In this document: positions 11,663-25,482 of the stretch, in pieces
How positions within the stretch are numbered: position 1 is the first letter of the stretch
Layout: each line of letters opens with the position of its first letter
NCBI RefSeq assembly: GCF_963921235.1
Contig: NC_086112.1
Span: 38,688,001-38,752,000, forward strand
Origin: Mobula hypostoma
Lineage: Eukaryota
DNA length: 64,000 bases
Direction: 5' to 3'
The notes under the pieces: generated by a model
The model's input: the letters and a program-made list of their open reading frames with translations, nothing else
Databases searched by the model: none
What the model was told of the DNA's origin: nothing
Program-made: the position numbers and the translations under genes

Positions 11663-14202
11663 CCAACCATTATTAGGACAAGTACAGTGGAATAATCAAA
11701 CCTGACAAAGGAAACTGAGTTCATATTTTGTCTATCTGGCAACACAGTTCCAATTCTTAAATAATAGTCTTGACACCCAAAATGTCACAACTCATTATTT
11801 TGACCGTGCAGGCTATCGTCTTTTAGTGGGTAAATTTTGATGACAGCCGCACAAACTTACACGATAAGCTGTTGAAAGACAGGCGGACATTACAAAACAT
11901 TACTTCGAAAGAAAAATACAGCCCACAGGAAGCATTGCACTGTAGAGAGCCCAACAATAAGAAAGCAGGCACTCCCAAAAAGAACAAGAACAGAAATTTC
12001 TTCTTTTAAAATTTCACTTCTAACAGCTTTGGTATAGATAGTTCTGTAACTGAAATAAACATACTACAAAAAAACTAAAAACAGCAAATGTTGGCAGGAT
12101 GAAGCTGCAACTTTTGGAGGAAGAAAGCTGAACTATTTTGAGACATTCTGGCTATAAACACATAGCAATCATTTCTACCCTTAAAACTTGCTTCTCTCAA
12201 TAAAAAAAAGGGCCAACAATTCTGCACCCCTGGATCCAGGTATTAAAAACAAAAGATTTAAATGAAATCCGTTTTCAAATGGAATAAAAATATGATTGGA
12301 TGACAATGTTTGCAACAATTCGAAATAACTGATAACATTTGTGAGTTGTTAAGGTAACTGAAGCAATACATATTTACAGGAGGGCAGATGGTTTCTACCT
12401 GTATGTTATATTTTTTCCAAAGGGAATCCAAGACACTGATAAGAAGACAGCAGCACATGGGCAATTCTCACCATAACTACTTTGTGCAAATGCAATCTTA
12501 AAAGAGAGCACACCAAAGGTTTCACTTTTAAGAGCTTTGGTACAGATATTTCTGCAACTTAAACAAACATACTACAAAAAATTGCTGTTCTACTTGTTTG
12601 CTCCTGACAATATGAAGAAATATGTGAAAAAGATAATTACTCATCTTATTATGAATTCATTAGTATGTTCAATTGTCTCCAAGATTCCAAAACAAACAGT
12701 TCAATGTGAGACAGTGCTTTTGGATATTGTGGCACTGTTCATGGGGATCCAAGTTTTTAACAGGAGTTAATGATAACAGAGTGGAAGTTCTTCAGTTGAT
12801 TGAACAGATTATGTAGTTAGAGACAGAAAGAGAATACAAAAGTTCAATATTTGATGGACAGCAGGGCATACTGGTCTGAGTCACTGCTACATGACTCTAT
12901 GACCCCTATACGTGCATTAGACCCTTAGCACATTTTGCTGACAATCAATTGCCACCTCAATTTTCAACTGAAGGGAATTAATTTCCCATCAAGGACGTTC
13001 AGTCATACAAGTAATTTGACAATGCAGAAGTAGTAAGGAGAGCTGGGAAACTGAGCATCATTGAATGAAACTGGAGGGGTGCACTAATGCCATTGTGATT
13101 AATTTGAAGAAACAAAGAGATACCAATTTGAAAATCCATTGACCAATTTCAAGAGAAGACATAATAACTACCAGTCAATTCACTTTGATTCAAGATCTTT
13201 AAATCACAATTTAAAGTGTATTAAATTTCAATCCTATATTCCAGATGTATTGTTAATATTTTCATACATGAGTAGATACAGAACAGACTCCAAGTACTTA
13301 GGCACTGCCGTTTCTAAAACTTCGTAAATTTCAATTACTGTCTGTTCCGAATAGAATTGTTACTGTGACTTTTAAGCAATGTTTGTATGTAAAACACATT
13401 TTACAGTAAAAGTATGACTATGCAAACTGAGATAGATGCCAAGTCTTTGTTGACCAAATTCCTGCAAAGAGACAGAGGAAATAGTGTGAATGCCCTCTCA
13501 CCTCAAAATAAAGTTTTCACATTGTCACATAAAATATAAGATTTCATTGAAAACATTCAAGCAGTCAGCCAAATCTAACAAACTTGTTAGTCTCATCTGT
13601 CCTGCAGAAACAGCTAACCGCCCATCCATGGGGTTGTAGGAATTGTAAACACTTTGGAACTGCTACTTGCTTTCTCAGCCAGAATCCAATGACTTCCATT
13701 CTCAACATCAATCTGCTTTAGACTGAACTTGTAGTACCATGAACTCCTGATCAAGTTCAGGGAAAGCAATGCTGTTGTGAGTCAGCAACAGGAATATGTA
13801 ATTTCCAGACCTACTCCATAATTATTACACTTTAGCCAGAAGCTTTCCTCTCCCTGAAGTGAATACTTGCAGTTTTAACACAACTCAGTTGCTTTCTCCT
13901 GTAGCCCTCACAGCAGAAACAGATCATTCCACCTTTCAAAAGTGGGCACAAGCTCATGTACTCACAAAAGGTGCAAGGCACAGAGCATCAGCATTTTCAA
14001 CTTGCCCTACATCAACTGCTTTAGACACCAAGTCTTATCACTAGCATTGTCTCTTTCTTCCTCATCATATGTACTCAAACCAAACATGTTTACCAAACTA
14101 CTCACAGTAATGCATTGTCAACACTTCCCACTGAAGTAGTGAATCTGTGGAATTCATTGCCAAAGACAGCCGTGGAGTCCAAAACATTGGCTGTAATTAA
14201 AG

Positions 14203-14323
14203 CAACACACATCAAAGTTGCTGGTGAACGCAGCAGGCCAGGCAGTATCTCTATGAAGAGGTACAGTCGACGTTTCAGGCCGAGACCCTTCGTCAGGACT
14301 AACGAAGGGTCTAATGTTGCTGT
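14203..14323 (-). mobile_element. Penelope solo pLTR micro-insertion
   Basis: Matches the pLTR; short inverted piece acgaagggtct at 14302-14312; TSD ttggctRtaattaaag (14187-14202 / 14324-14339, 1 mismatch). Confidence 0.85.
14265..14300 (-). ncRNA. Minimal hammerhead ribozyme motif (sense to host pre-mRNA)
   Basis: Exact reverse complement of the 11563-11598 motif. Confidence 0.8.
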
Positions 14324-14849
14324 TTGGCTATAATTAAAGAGCAGGTTGATAGGTTCTTGATTAGAAATGGCATCAACAGTTACAGGGAGAAGGCAAGAGA
14401 ATGGGGTTGATGCAGTACGAAACAGATAATTTCCTGAAAATAAAGGAAATGGACTGAATGGTCTAATTCTGCTCCCACATCTTATGGAAATGAGGCAAGA
14501 CTGCAAAGGACTTGAATAAAAGGGAAAGCATGTGAAAAGAATGGGAGAGACAGACTTAGTAAAGGTGCTCACATAACAAAGAAACAAGTAAATCCTGAAT
14601 ACGGAAGAGAAGGAAGTGGGCAGAGAAAGAGTACAAAGACTCAAATTCTAAAAATGAGAGAAGCAAAGACTAGCACAGAAGAGACGGTGAAACTAACTTA
14701 GATCAGTCATGATATTTAATAGTAGTGCTGGCTTGAGGAGCCTGAAGGCCTATTTTTGCTCCTTTTTTTGCTCTTGTGACCGAAAGAGAGAAGACATATG
14801 CTATAGTGAAATAGAGAAAAAAAATGTTTTAAGAAAAATGTTATTAAAC

Positions 14850-16210
14850 TAAAAAGAATGCAGGGAAGATTGTCTAGGAATTGCCTGGACTTGGGGGCCT
14901 GAGTTATGAGAAGAGGTTGCAGAGACTAGGACTTTATTTCAGAGAATGTAGGAGATTGAAGGTTGGCTTATGCATAAGATTATGAGGGGCACATACAAGA
15001 TTACTGGACAGGGTGAAAGCATGGTACTTTTCCTAAGGAAAATCTGAAAACAAGAGGACACAGGTTTAGGATCTGAGGCTACGTCCACACTACACCGGAT
15101 AATTTTGAAAACGCCAGTTTCGAGTAAAAATGACAGGCGTCCACACTAAGCGTTTTTCAAAATACCACCGTCCACATTAGGCGGATATTTGGGCGAATCT
15201 CCTCCTACTGGGCATGCGCAGGACAGTGCGCGTTTGTCCAGTTACAGAGTAGAAAAACTTAAAGGAATTGCTCTTGGCTGTCGCGCAGGAGGACTTAAAA
15301 CTTAAAAAAAAACAAATACTGGAGCGTATGGAGGCAACCGACAGGTAGTTCACGGACAGTATGACCCGGCTGACGACAAGCATTGAAAAACTGACTAACT
15401 CTGTTGCATTAATAAAGCACCTTGTTAAATGTATAAAACGTCTGAATCAGCGTTATCTTGTATTCCCATACAATGTTACATTAGGCTGTTACACATCTAT
15501 TGTCAGAGAAGTACTTGCATAAATAGGTAAACCACCTTCATACAAGCAAGGACAGAAAACAGGGCGAAGTGAGTATACTTATTCACTTCTTCACTTCATT
15601 GTTAAAACAATGAACATCTGTTCCGGCACGTCATGACAGCGTTTTTAAATAGTCAAAAAAGCTCACTTCACAATTTAACTCTCACGCCATTCACACCGAC
15701 TGCACGTTATAACAGCTTGCGCAGTACCAAGCAGAAGCAGAAAAAGGCATTGTTGTTGTGGTGTTGTCATGACAGCGTTTTAAAATCTCTCCGGTTATCC
15801 CACACACACTACGCTGGATATTAAGTGTTTTCAGATTTATTCACTCTGGAGAGTGTCTTCGAAAATCTCCGTTTTCGGGGGCTGAAAATGCCGGCTCAGT
15901 GTAGACGGGAGGGCAAAACGAAGAGAAAAAGCTTCGTTTTCAAAATTATCTGGCGTAGTGTGGACGTACCCTGAGTCGAGAAATTTAAAAAGGTGTGAAT
16001 TTGAATTGAGCTGCTAGAAACAATGGTTGAATTAGGCTCATTAGCAACATTTAAAAACCATCTAGATACGTGCATATATATAGGATAGGCTTAAAGGGCA
16101 GTGGGCCAAACACGGGCAAATGGGACTAACCCACTTGGCAACGCAATCACCATGGATGAATTGGGCCAAAGGGCCTTTTCCATATTGTATGGTGCTATGA
16201 CTATGACTGA
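14850..16210 (+). mobile_element. CR1 3' region, split by a Harbinger element
   Basis: CR1 peptide/tail sequence (gaggttgcagagactaggactttatt; gggccaaagggcc...ctatgactatgact) on both sides of the insertion. Confidence 0.7.
15077..15971 (+). mobile_element. PIF/Harbinger non-autonomous derivative
   Basis: ~37-bp TIRs ggctacgtccacactacaccggataattttgaaaacg (3 mismatches); 3-bp TSD TGA (15074-15076 / 15972-15974); internal coiled-coil remnant LLAVAQEDLKLK..ILERME..TDSMTRLTTSIEKLTNSV resembling the C-terminus of the Harbinger Myb/SANT partner protein. Confidence 0.85.
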
Positions 16211-16879
16211 ACTCAATGAGAATGAGATAACCAGAGGCTGTATAAATAGCCTGGTCAAAGAATACCAGGAAATACAAATACAAAGCATGCTGTCATGGTA
16301 TTACTCAACTCAATTACATTCTAATCACCTGCCATCTGTGCCACATGTATCTAACTTATGATACGAAGATGGAACAGTCCTAGAATACACTGGAAATTTA
16401 ATTATCTCAGAAATACACAAATTCCCCCTCCTCCCTCCCCCCCCCCACCACCACCCAGGCTAATTACATTAGCAATTGATGATATTCCAATCAGCCATTA
16501 AAATGTTAAATTGACTTGAGATTTTCAATGAAATCCACAGGAATTTCAATCCACAGCATTGAAACTTTTTTTTTCCTTTTAGTAACATGATGGAAACATA
16601 ACAGAATTGGTGAATGCAATGAGTAGTTGCCTATGGAATTATATTTACACTGACCTAACCTATAGATAACAAGTTAACTAAATCATACCAAAAGCAACGG
16701 CCAAAATGATAGCTTTCAAAAACAGTTGGGTCTCCCAAATTTACTTTAGCTTGCTGACCAAAGAACTTGAGTATCCATAGCCAGTTCAGCTTGAGTCCTA
16801 TTTAATCGATTTGCATATACTGCATTTCCATGAGTACATCTTACATCTAATCCACTCCTCTGCAAAATGCATTACAGTT

Positions 16880-18385
16880 AAAATACAAAAACTAAGTGCA
16901 GAAATTGCCAGGGCCTTAGCAAAGATATTTAAAACATCTTTAGCAACTGAAGAGGTACCACAGCATTGGAGAATAGCCAATGTTGTTCCTCTGTTTAAAA
17001 AAGGTTCAGAACAGAAATTATTGGCTGGTGAGTCTGACTTCAGTTGTGGGAAAGGTACTGGAAGGTTTTCTAAGGGACCAGATATACAAGTACTTGGACA
17101 GACATGGACTGATTAAGGATAGTCAGCATGATTTCATGCATGGTAGGTCATGTCTAACCAATCTTACTGATGTTTTCGAGGAAGTTACCAGGAAAGTGGA
17201 TGAAAGCAAGGCAGTGCATGTTGTCCCATGGACTTCAGCAAGGCATTTGACAAGGTCCTGCATGGGAGACTGGTCAAGAAGGTTCAGTTGCTTGGCATTC
17301 AAGATGAGGTAGCAAAATGGATTAGACTTTGGCTCTGAGGGAGAAGCCAGAGAGTGGTAGTAGCAAGTTTGTCTCTCTGACTGGAGGCCAGTAACTAGTG
17401 GTGTGCCACAGGGATCAGTGCTTTGTTTTTGTCATCGACATCAATGATCTGGATGATAATGTGGTTAACTAGATCAGTAAATCTGTGGATGACACCAAGA
17501 TTGGGGGTGTAGTGGACAGTGAGAAGAGCTATCATGGCTTTCAGAGGGATCTACAAGCTGGAAAAAAATGGGCTGAAAAACAACAGATGGAATTTAATGC
17601 AGACAAGTACAAGGTTTTGCACTTTGGTAGGACCAGCCAAGGGAGGTCTTGCACAGTGAACGGTAGGGCACTGAGGAGTGTGGTAGAACAAAGAGATCTG
17701 GGAATATAGGTACATAATTCATTGGAAGTGTCATCACAGGTAGATAGGATTTTAAAGAAAGCTGCTGGCGCATTAGCCTTCATAAATCAATGTATTGAGT
17801 ACAGAAAAGGGGATGTTATGTTGAAGTTGTATAAGACATTGGCAAGACCTAATTTGGAGTATTGTGTGCAGTTTTGGTCACCTACTTCTCTAAGAAAAGT
17901 AAACAAGGCTGAAAGAGTACAGAGAAAATTTACAAGGATGTTGCCGGGTCTGGACGACCTGAGATACAAGGAAAGATTGAATAGTTTAGGACTTTATTCT
18001 TTAGAACATATAAGACTGACAGGAGATTTGAAAGAGGTATACAAAATTATGAGGGGTATAGATAGGGTAAATGCAAGGAGGATTTTCCACTAAGGCTGGA
18101 TTGAACTACAAACAGAGGTCATGGGCCAAGGGTGAAAGGTGAGAAGTTTAAGGAGAACATGAGGGGAAACCTCTTCACTCAGAGGGTTGTGAGAGTGTAG
18201 AATGAGCTGCCAGCACAAGTAGGGCATACACGCACAATTTCAATGTTAAAGAAAAGTCTGGATAGGGCATGTATAGTTATGGAGGGCTATGGTCCTGGTG
18301 CAGGTTGATGGGAGTAGGCAGTTTAAGTGGTTTTGGCATGGATTAGCTGGGCCTGATTCTGTGCTGTACTTCTCCATGACTCCAT
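16880..18385 (+). mobile_element. CR1 LINE ORF2 (RT) to 3' tail, degraded
   Basis: WRIANVVPLFKKG, SCLTNL, DDTKIGG, LYKTLARPNLEYCVQFW; tail gggcctgattctgtgctgtac. Confidence 0.9.
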
Positions 18386-19781
18386 TTCTGGCAATATAAT
18401 AGTTTAATAAAAATATTTCTGCTAAATTCAACATCCATGTCATATTTGCATACACACACCCAAGTATTCTTGGAAACAAACTATATTTTATTGTTTCCTT
18501 ATCTAAAATACTTCAGAAAAGTTATTGTATTAGTGGTTCTTGTATTCTTAAATTTCCTCATTAAGTAAAGCAACAGTTCCCCAACTTGGGTCCATGGGCC
18601 ACTCAGTAGGAGTTTCTGGCGTAAAAAAAAGGTTGAGAACCCGATGTAAAAGGAAGCAATTCAATCCATGAAGCCAGCTCTAGAGAATTCTCATTAGTGC
18701 CATTCCTCAACTTATTCCCTTGTAATCTACTCTCTCCCTATATGCCTATCAACAGTAACCTCATCCACAATTCTCCTACTACCCATCTATACTCAGATTC
18801 ATTTGCAGGAGCTAGTCAACCTGCCAAACAGTACATCCTTGAGATGGAAAAGAAACCTAGAACTTGGGAGAAATCCACACAGTCAGTGGGGGGAAAATAA
18901 CATTCAAACTGCAGCCTGGGTCACTGGAACTGTAAAACAGCAAAAATAACCACTGTGTGCAAGCCTAAACAAAACCTAAGTAACAAATTTTAAATCAGCT
19001 TTTATATATACAGCACCACACTAGTGTTTTTACAAGAGTAATTCAAACCCTTATGATCACATTGCTTTTCTGTAAGTCGGTTATAGTTTGGTAGCTAGCT
19101 CACGGGTTCATAAAGTTAGTGTGGAAACAGGCCTTTCAGCCCACACCTGCCATGCCAACAAAGATGCCTATCAATGCTAATCCCATTAATAATAATCTTC
19201 AGCATCTCTGATTTCTTATCTTCAGAAAATAGTTTCTAAAGACCATAATTTCAAGCCCTCTGGAGGAAAATAGAGGAGTATGATCATTAATTTATAGGAT
19301 TAATACTCAAAAGACTTGCGCTATTAAGGCACAGATTGGAGTTAAAATTGAGTAATTCCAGATAAAAAGCTGGAATTATTAAGGACTAGATTATTGCAAA
19401 AACCCTTCTGACTCCATGATGAATTGCCCCAACCTAACTTGGTCTAGTCCTGTTTGTGAATCCAGATCTACCACGTAGATGATTTTTAAGTGCACTCCAA
19501 AATGACTGAGCACAATGTTCAATTCGGGTAGCAATAAGGGATAAACAATAAGTGCTGGCCTTGACAGATGTTATCAGAGTACTAAATCTTATATTCTAGT
19601 ACATACCTAAGCATTTTGTACTTAACAATATCGTGATTTCAGAGAACTTGAGAATCGCTGCTGGATATCGATAATTAAGAATCAACTTTAAAGAAACCCT
19701 TGGTTATGGAGAGAAAGAATCTTAAGTTGAATTAATCATAACCATCTTATAAATATATTTTCAAATACGGGTAAAACTTAC

Positions 19782-19966
19782 AGTGTTTCTTTCTATCTTG
19801 TACTGCAACCGGAGTGTGTCCATGGCTCTGATCATGGCCTGCATTGCAGTAAATATGTTTTGAAATACAAGCTTTGTGAAATTTTTCCTGTCTTCATCTG
19901 AGTAGCCATCTCCATGGATGATCCTCATCTGTTTAATGAACGTGCTCTTGCCACTTTCACCGGTGC
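19782..19966 (-). CDS. GNA14: Internal coding exon (exon 2 equivalent) of a Gq-family G-protein alpha subunit, most likely G alpha-14
   Basis: Translates (G)[61 protein letters not shown], with the Gq-type P-loop GTGESGKS. Acceptor ...tttgatttag at 19967-19968 and donor gtaagt at 19781-19776. Length 185 bp with phase 1/0, as in exon 2 of GNAQ/GNA11/GNA14. DEDRK and DTLR-x-QY fit GNA14 better than GNAQ (DEDKR, TLKIPY) or GNA11. Gq family is near certain; the paralog call is somewhat less so. Confidence 0.88.
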
Positions 19967-22262
19967 CTAAATCAAACACAAAAAGCTTCATAAGGCAAAG
20001 GCCCCAAACCCAGACACTAAAATGTTCAAAATAGAATAATTTCACTTAGCAAGGTAGTACAATCATACTAGAAGTAGACTAATATTTTTATTCCCAGTAA
20101 TAATAGCTTTCAAATGGTTAGACAATTTTCCAGAATTTACCTATAAATACTGTTAAACGATGATCCTTAAAATAAAAAGAAAAATCCCTTTCAACAATAG
20201 ACTTTTAGTGTACAAAAATATATTGCACAACTTGCACAGATCGTAATACTATTGGGTTCATTTGAATCAGAAAGCAAGATTACTATTTGTATTCAATCGT
20301 TATATAATGCATGCTGAGCAATGGGTATTGATTTCTATGTCTAAGTATATCTTTTAATAATACACAGAATATGGACATCAACAAGAGAAATGTTTATTGC
20401 CCAATCATAATTATCCTCAAAGAGCTGGAGCCAAGAATCCAATTTGAACCATTTGCTCTGTCCAGTAAAGAAATTCATGGTGACAAATCCAAGTCAGGAT
20501 AATGCAGGACTTATGCAGTGGGCAGTAAACTGATATTGACCATAAAAACCTGATATTGAAGTAGAGTAAGGAACACACATTAAAGCAAACATTACTCTTC
20601 AATAAAAATGTAAACTCTAGCTTGATACTCCAATGTTAATGACAGTTCCGTTTTTGCCCAACATTTTCCAGATAAGCACAAACATCCAATGTTTTGTGAA
20701 CCAAACAGTAAATTCTGTCCATTTAGTTTTACAACAACAAAAGCACTGTCCAACATAACATTCTTAATAGCAGTTTGGCAATCTCATTTATCACACACAT
20801 GCTGATAAAGCTTTCTTTCTCAAAAGCTGCTCCAAAAAAAACTTAAATATAAACATTTTTTCCAGCAACACTGGAAGTTAGCACTCTGTGGCATATTACT
20901 TCTATTATTCATGTACTTATTTTGCATGCAAACATCTCTTTAGGAGTTCATCAACTTATTCAATTTTAATTTTGAAATCTCTGTTGAACTACTCGCTTAA
21001 AGGCAGGTTTACGACAAAACTCAAGGCCTGAAACAACACTGCAAATAACATTGTGTGACCCCCTCATAACACACAATTCCAATCGATCCTCTCCATTGTT
21101 CATGACTGACAGCTACATCCTACTCTGCACATATCCTCAATTGTTGGCAGCTGTAATGTTGCTTTCACGTAGTTCGTTTCTATATTTCCCCGACTGATTC
21201 CACGTCTAAAAACCGCCATACGAAATCAGTAATGTATAGTTCACCCTTTTGTATTCCTCATCTCCAGCTTCTGACTCAAGGAATAAGAGTGTTCACAAGT
21301 CAGCCACTGGTAACAGCAATAAGCACTGATAAATACCAATCAACAGCAGAAATGACCACAAAGAATTTCAAGTTAGAAAGTTGGTGTCTGACTTCTGGAA
21401 ATTGAACTCAATTGGCTGGTATAAAAACAGCTCCAATTTATAACTAAAATTTTTCTCAATTATTTTTCCATTTTCCAGTTCATGTACTTAAAGGTTTAAA
21501 AAAATTGCTCTGAATTTTGAGAATCAGCAGAATCTCGTCTTTACTTTCCGGTACAGTTTGCTCCTTGGGAAGTTAAGTCCTCTGTTGGGTAGAATCATAA
21601 ATTTGGAATGTTTTCTGTAATACATAGCCTCCAAGGCTCCACAGCATGCAGCCATACAGCTCACAAAGCTCTCTGCATAGAGATTGTTCAGCTGTGATTA
21701 CTATTATTCAGTTATAGCAAACACAACATTTCCTAAACAATCCAGTAAAGTTCCACAATTAACCAAGATGGCAATGTTAGCAAATGATTTTTGGGTGTAT
21801 TTCCTTCCAAGATTTATAATAGCCCTGAAATCTAATTATTGTCAGTAGTCTATCCAGTTCCTTCAGAAAGTCCACTTAGATACTACTCTACCATCTGCAC
21901 AGAAAATAAAATCTGTCCTACTATACATTATTTTACAAAACTATGATTAACAAAATAGTGCAGTAGCAAGTTTTCAATTTTAAGTGCTAAGAGTTATAAT
22001 ATAGAATTATAAAAGATTTGAACCTAATACTTCCATCACATTCCTTCTTCGTTATTTCTTTCAAAGTTGCTTATCTGCTATTCGTTCATGTTCCACTATC
22101 AACTATGTAGCCTTCTATTTCATTAACTGCGTATACAGATTAATTGAAATAGAAGGACCAGAGGTTTCATTTCTATACTTACATATTATAACACTAAGTA
22201 TGCAGGCAATCACAATGTACAGTTCTGATAACACAGCAGGAACGATTATATGTCAAGCAAGG

Positions 22263-22554
22263 ATTTTTGTTTACTTATTGAGACACAACACGGATTCGGC
22301 CCTTCCAACCCTTCAAGCCTCACCATCAGCAACCCCCAATCTAACCCTAGCCTAATCCCGGGATAATTTACAATGACCTACTAACCTACCAATCGGTATG
22401 TCTTTGGACTGTGGGAGGAAATTGCAGCAACCGGAGGAACCCCATGCGGTCACGGGGAGAAAGTGCAAATTCCTTACAGGTATTAGTGGGAAATGAACCC
22501 CGGTCGCTGGTACTGTAAAGCGTTGTGCTAACCACTACACTACCATGCTGCCCC
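22263..22554 (-). mobile_element. Full-length tRNA-derived V-SINE-like element with CR1-like tail
   Basis: Minus strand: ggggcagcatggtagtgtagtggttagc (A box), ggttcatttcc (B box-like), V-domain ggttcctccggttgctgcaatttcctcccacagtccaaagac, tail gaagggccgaatccgtgttgt. Confidence 0.8.
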
Positions 22555-22924
22555 AGTGTTGTCAGGACTGGAGAACTGGAGGAGAGACCGTTTAAGCTGA
22601 GAATTCTCAGAAGTTTGAGCTTATAATAGAAGGGAAAACTGCTTGGGCCCTAACAAGGAGGTGGAGATAGCAGCTTCCATGACATCCAAATGGCGATAAG
22701 GACTGTAGGACTGTACGTCTACCAACACATGGAGCAGGTACTGCCAATACCCACCAATGACCCAAATTCACTTTGGCCCATACAGCTCTAGCCCTCAAAA
22801 GCAGTCCACCCAGACAGAGAAAATGAAAGCAGGTTTGAGTAGTTTCATCCAGGTTCCCAGCACAACAATGTGCAGCAGTGGCAAGGGTAGGATTCGCAGC
22901 AGACTTCCAGTGCAAAATCTGATC

Positions 22925-23040
22925 ATCTGATGAAGGGCCTGAAACATCATCTGTTTATTCCTCTCCAAATATCCTGCTTACTTCCTCCTGCATTTTGTGT
23001 TTGCTACTCTGGATTTCCAGCATCTGCAGAATCTCTTGTA
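22925..23040 (+). mobile_element. Older Penelope pLTR remnant with degenerate hammerhead core
   Basis: ctgatgaagggcctgaaacatc ... atttccagcatctgcagaatctc resembles the pLTR end. Confidence 0.6.
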
Positions 23041-24829
23041 TTTATTATTGTACAAAGTCTTCAAATGTTAAGGTTGCTCAATGATATCACTGTTGCTGGA
23101 TATCTGAGATACCATAGAGATGATGAATGTAAAGAATGATGAATAGGTAGATCATTGCAAGCAATCATGTTTTTGAGGCCAGTCATTTGCAAACACCATT
23201 ATGTTATAGATAAATGTAAAACCTGGCAATTGAAAAGATCTTTAAGCAGTTTGATGTCTGCAAATAATTCAATAACTATGGTACGAGAAAATATGACAAT
23301 ATATTTTAGTTTGTGTACAAAAATAAAACAACCAATATGAGAAATCATCAACACTCAGCTTTCAGAGAGAAAAGAACTTCTGATAATATCCAAGAAAATA
23401 TTACAATGCAAAATGCCAAAGATGCAAAATATATTGCAGGTTTTCAGCAGAAATGTTGAATTCACAGCAGTAACTATACAAGATAATAAAGATGCCTCCC
23501 CAGTTTCCATGTATAAAAACAGATACAGTAAATGCATGACAGCATAGACAAAAATTTACATTGTGCAACATTAGAAGCTCATCTGCAAATGCAGACAAAG
23601 CATTTTTTCCAGATAGTTCAGAGTATACAAAAACCTAATTATCTTCACCAAAAGCCTCTTCTTCAACAAGGTGTACAGGCAGTAGCTGAAGCCATGTAAA
23701 TTAATGGCATATTTAATAAACTAAAAACAGGCTTATTTTAAATTAACGTTTGATTAAATGGCATAGGACATTTTCTGAACCTGCAACTTTCCAGTTTCTC
23801 ACTTGTTATTCTGCAATGTGCCCATCCAAACAATTCCTAATTTTTACCTTGTGAGCCGCAGCTGCTTCACCTTAACCTTTCAACAACAGCCCAAAGTGCT
23901 GGCACATCACAGCAGCAGGAATTCCTGGATTACCATGGTCAACAATATCAAATAACCAAGGCCGAACCAGAGTACTCACAATTTTTGCATTTTGCTTAAT
24001 CTTGAGCAGTACATACAATCCTGTCCCTCATGCCCCCACCCTGTCAGGAATGCGGGCATCATTAGCAAGACTCAAGAATGTGGAGTTGCATCATGTGGTC
24101 TTGATGATGTTGGTAAATTCTAGGATGTGGATTCACCATTAGTGGAGTTATATGTCAGAATGTTATAAAACTTGGAAAAGTATCTATGGAATTGAGCTTC
24201 CAATATATCCGCTAACCTAAGTTTTTTCAGTGACAGTGGTTAAAAATTTGGGAAGAGGTGATACAATTGTCTTACAAATAATAGAAGTGTACTGAAACAC
24301 CGCAACCACAATTTGTTATTTAAAATGAGTCAATATTATCTTAGAATCTATTTTAGTCGAACAGCTCTTTTGCCAAGCTGAGTAACCATCTTATCTCATA
24401 CCTAGCTTCTCATTCTTCAACTACTTTCATTTCATTATTTCTGTTAAGACATCTTCAATAGGACAATGTACAATCAAATCACAAAATGCTGAAGGAACAG
24501 AATGAGTAAGACTCCAGAGTACAGATGAAAGATCTTGGCCTGGACATCAACTGTCCATTTCCCTCTATAGATGCTGTCTTACCGAGTTCCTCCAGTATTT
24601 GGCATGTTGTTCCCGATTTGAGCATCATGTCAACAATCAAATCAGGTTTTTGCCAGTTGTATGAAAGCTGAGGAGTCCGGTTAGAAAGCAACCGCATTCT
24701 GTTACGCAGGGGCCTAACAGAATAAGCGAAGTGCCTTCCTACATTTCTCTATCAATAATTCTGTGTCAGCCAATGTGTGCACAGCAAGTTTTCACAAACT
24801 ACATCATTGTAATCTGTTTTCAGTGATGT

Positions 24830-25365
24830 ACATTCAGTCTGCACTTTGAGGTACACCTGTACATCTGCTCACTAATGCAACTATCTAATCAGCCATTCAC
24901 AAGGCAGCAACTCAATGCATAAATGCATGCAGACATGGTCAAGAGGTTCAGTTGTTGTTTAGACCAAACATCAAAATGGGTAGGAAATGTGATTTAAGTG
25001 GCTTCGGCCGTGGAATGAATGTTGGTGCCAGACAGGGTGGCTTGAGTATCTCAGAAACTGCTGATTTCCTAGGATTGTCATGCACAACAGTCACAACAAA
25101 AAAACATCCAGAGAGCTGCAGTTCTGTGGGCAAAAATGCCTTGTTAATGACAGAGGTCAGAGGAGAATGGCCAGACTGGTTCAAGCTGACATGAAAAAGT
25201 AACTCAAATATCCATGCATTACAACAGTGGTGTGCAGAAATGCATCCCTCAATGCATAACATGTCAAACCTTGAATGCATCTCTGAATGCACAACACGTC
25301 GAACCTTAAAGTGGACGAGCTACAGAGGTAGAAAAACACAAACAAGCTGTCAGTGGCCACTAAGT
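24830..25365 (+). mobile_element. Tc1-derived non-autonomous element
   Basis: MGRKCDLSGFGRGMNVGARQGGLSISETADFLG (Tc1 paired-like HTH); related copies at 39330-39802 and 9538-9620. Confidence 0.75.
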
Positions 25366-25482
25366 ATAGCTTCTGAGAAAAATTAAGAGATACCCAAGGT
25401 AATTCTGTTTTTCTTCTTCAAAGTAATTCCCCTAGATTGCTTATGTCCACCCTAGGGAGCAAACAAGGCCTTAACTCCTGAA

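Larger units (their letters stand above)
14125..14485 (+). mobile_element. CR1 3' end fragment (host of a Penelope micro-insertion)
   Basis: EVVNLWNSLP...AVE peptide; tail ggactgaatggtctaattctgctcc. Confidence 0.7.

Noticed and set aside
12190-12245. Minus-strand LDPGVQNC resembling Gq exon 3 (DPGIQEC)
   Set aside because: Flanking residues do not match (no YDRRREYQLSDS) and there are no fitting splice sites. I found no exon 1 or exon 3 in the window.
19761-20045. The 94-aa ORF as a complete small gene
   Set aside because: Only 19782-19966 is G-alpha-like and it is bounded by canonical splice sites; the rest is intronic read-through.
22480-22554. tRNA gene calls here and at 54390
   Set aside because: The A/B boxes run straight into V-domain and LINE-like tails, so these are SINE heads.
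24515-24630. Hammerhead in an old Penelope-like remnant
   Set aside because: The core is degenerate (cagatga..., no GAAA), so it is probably non-functional.
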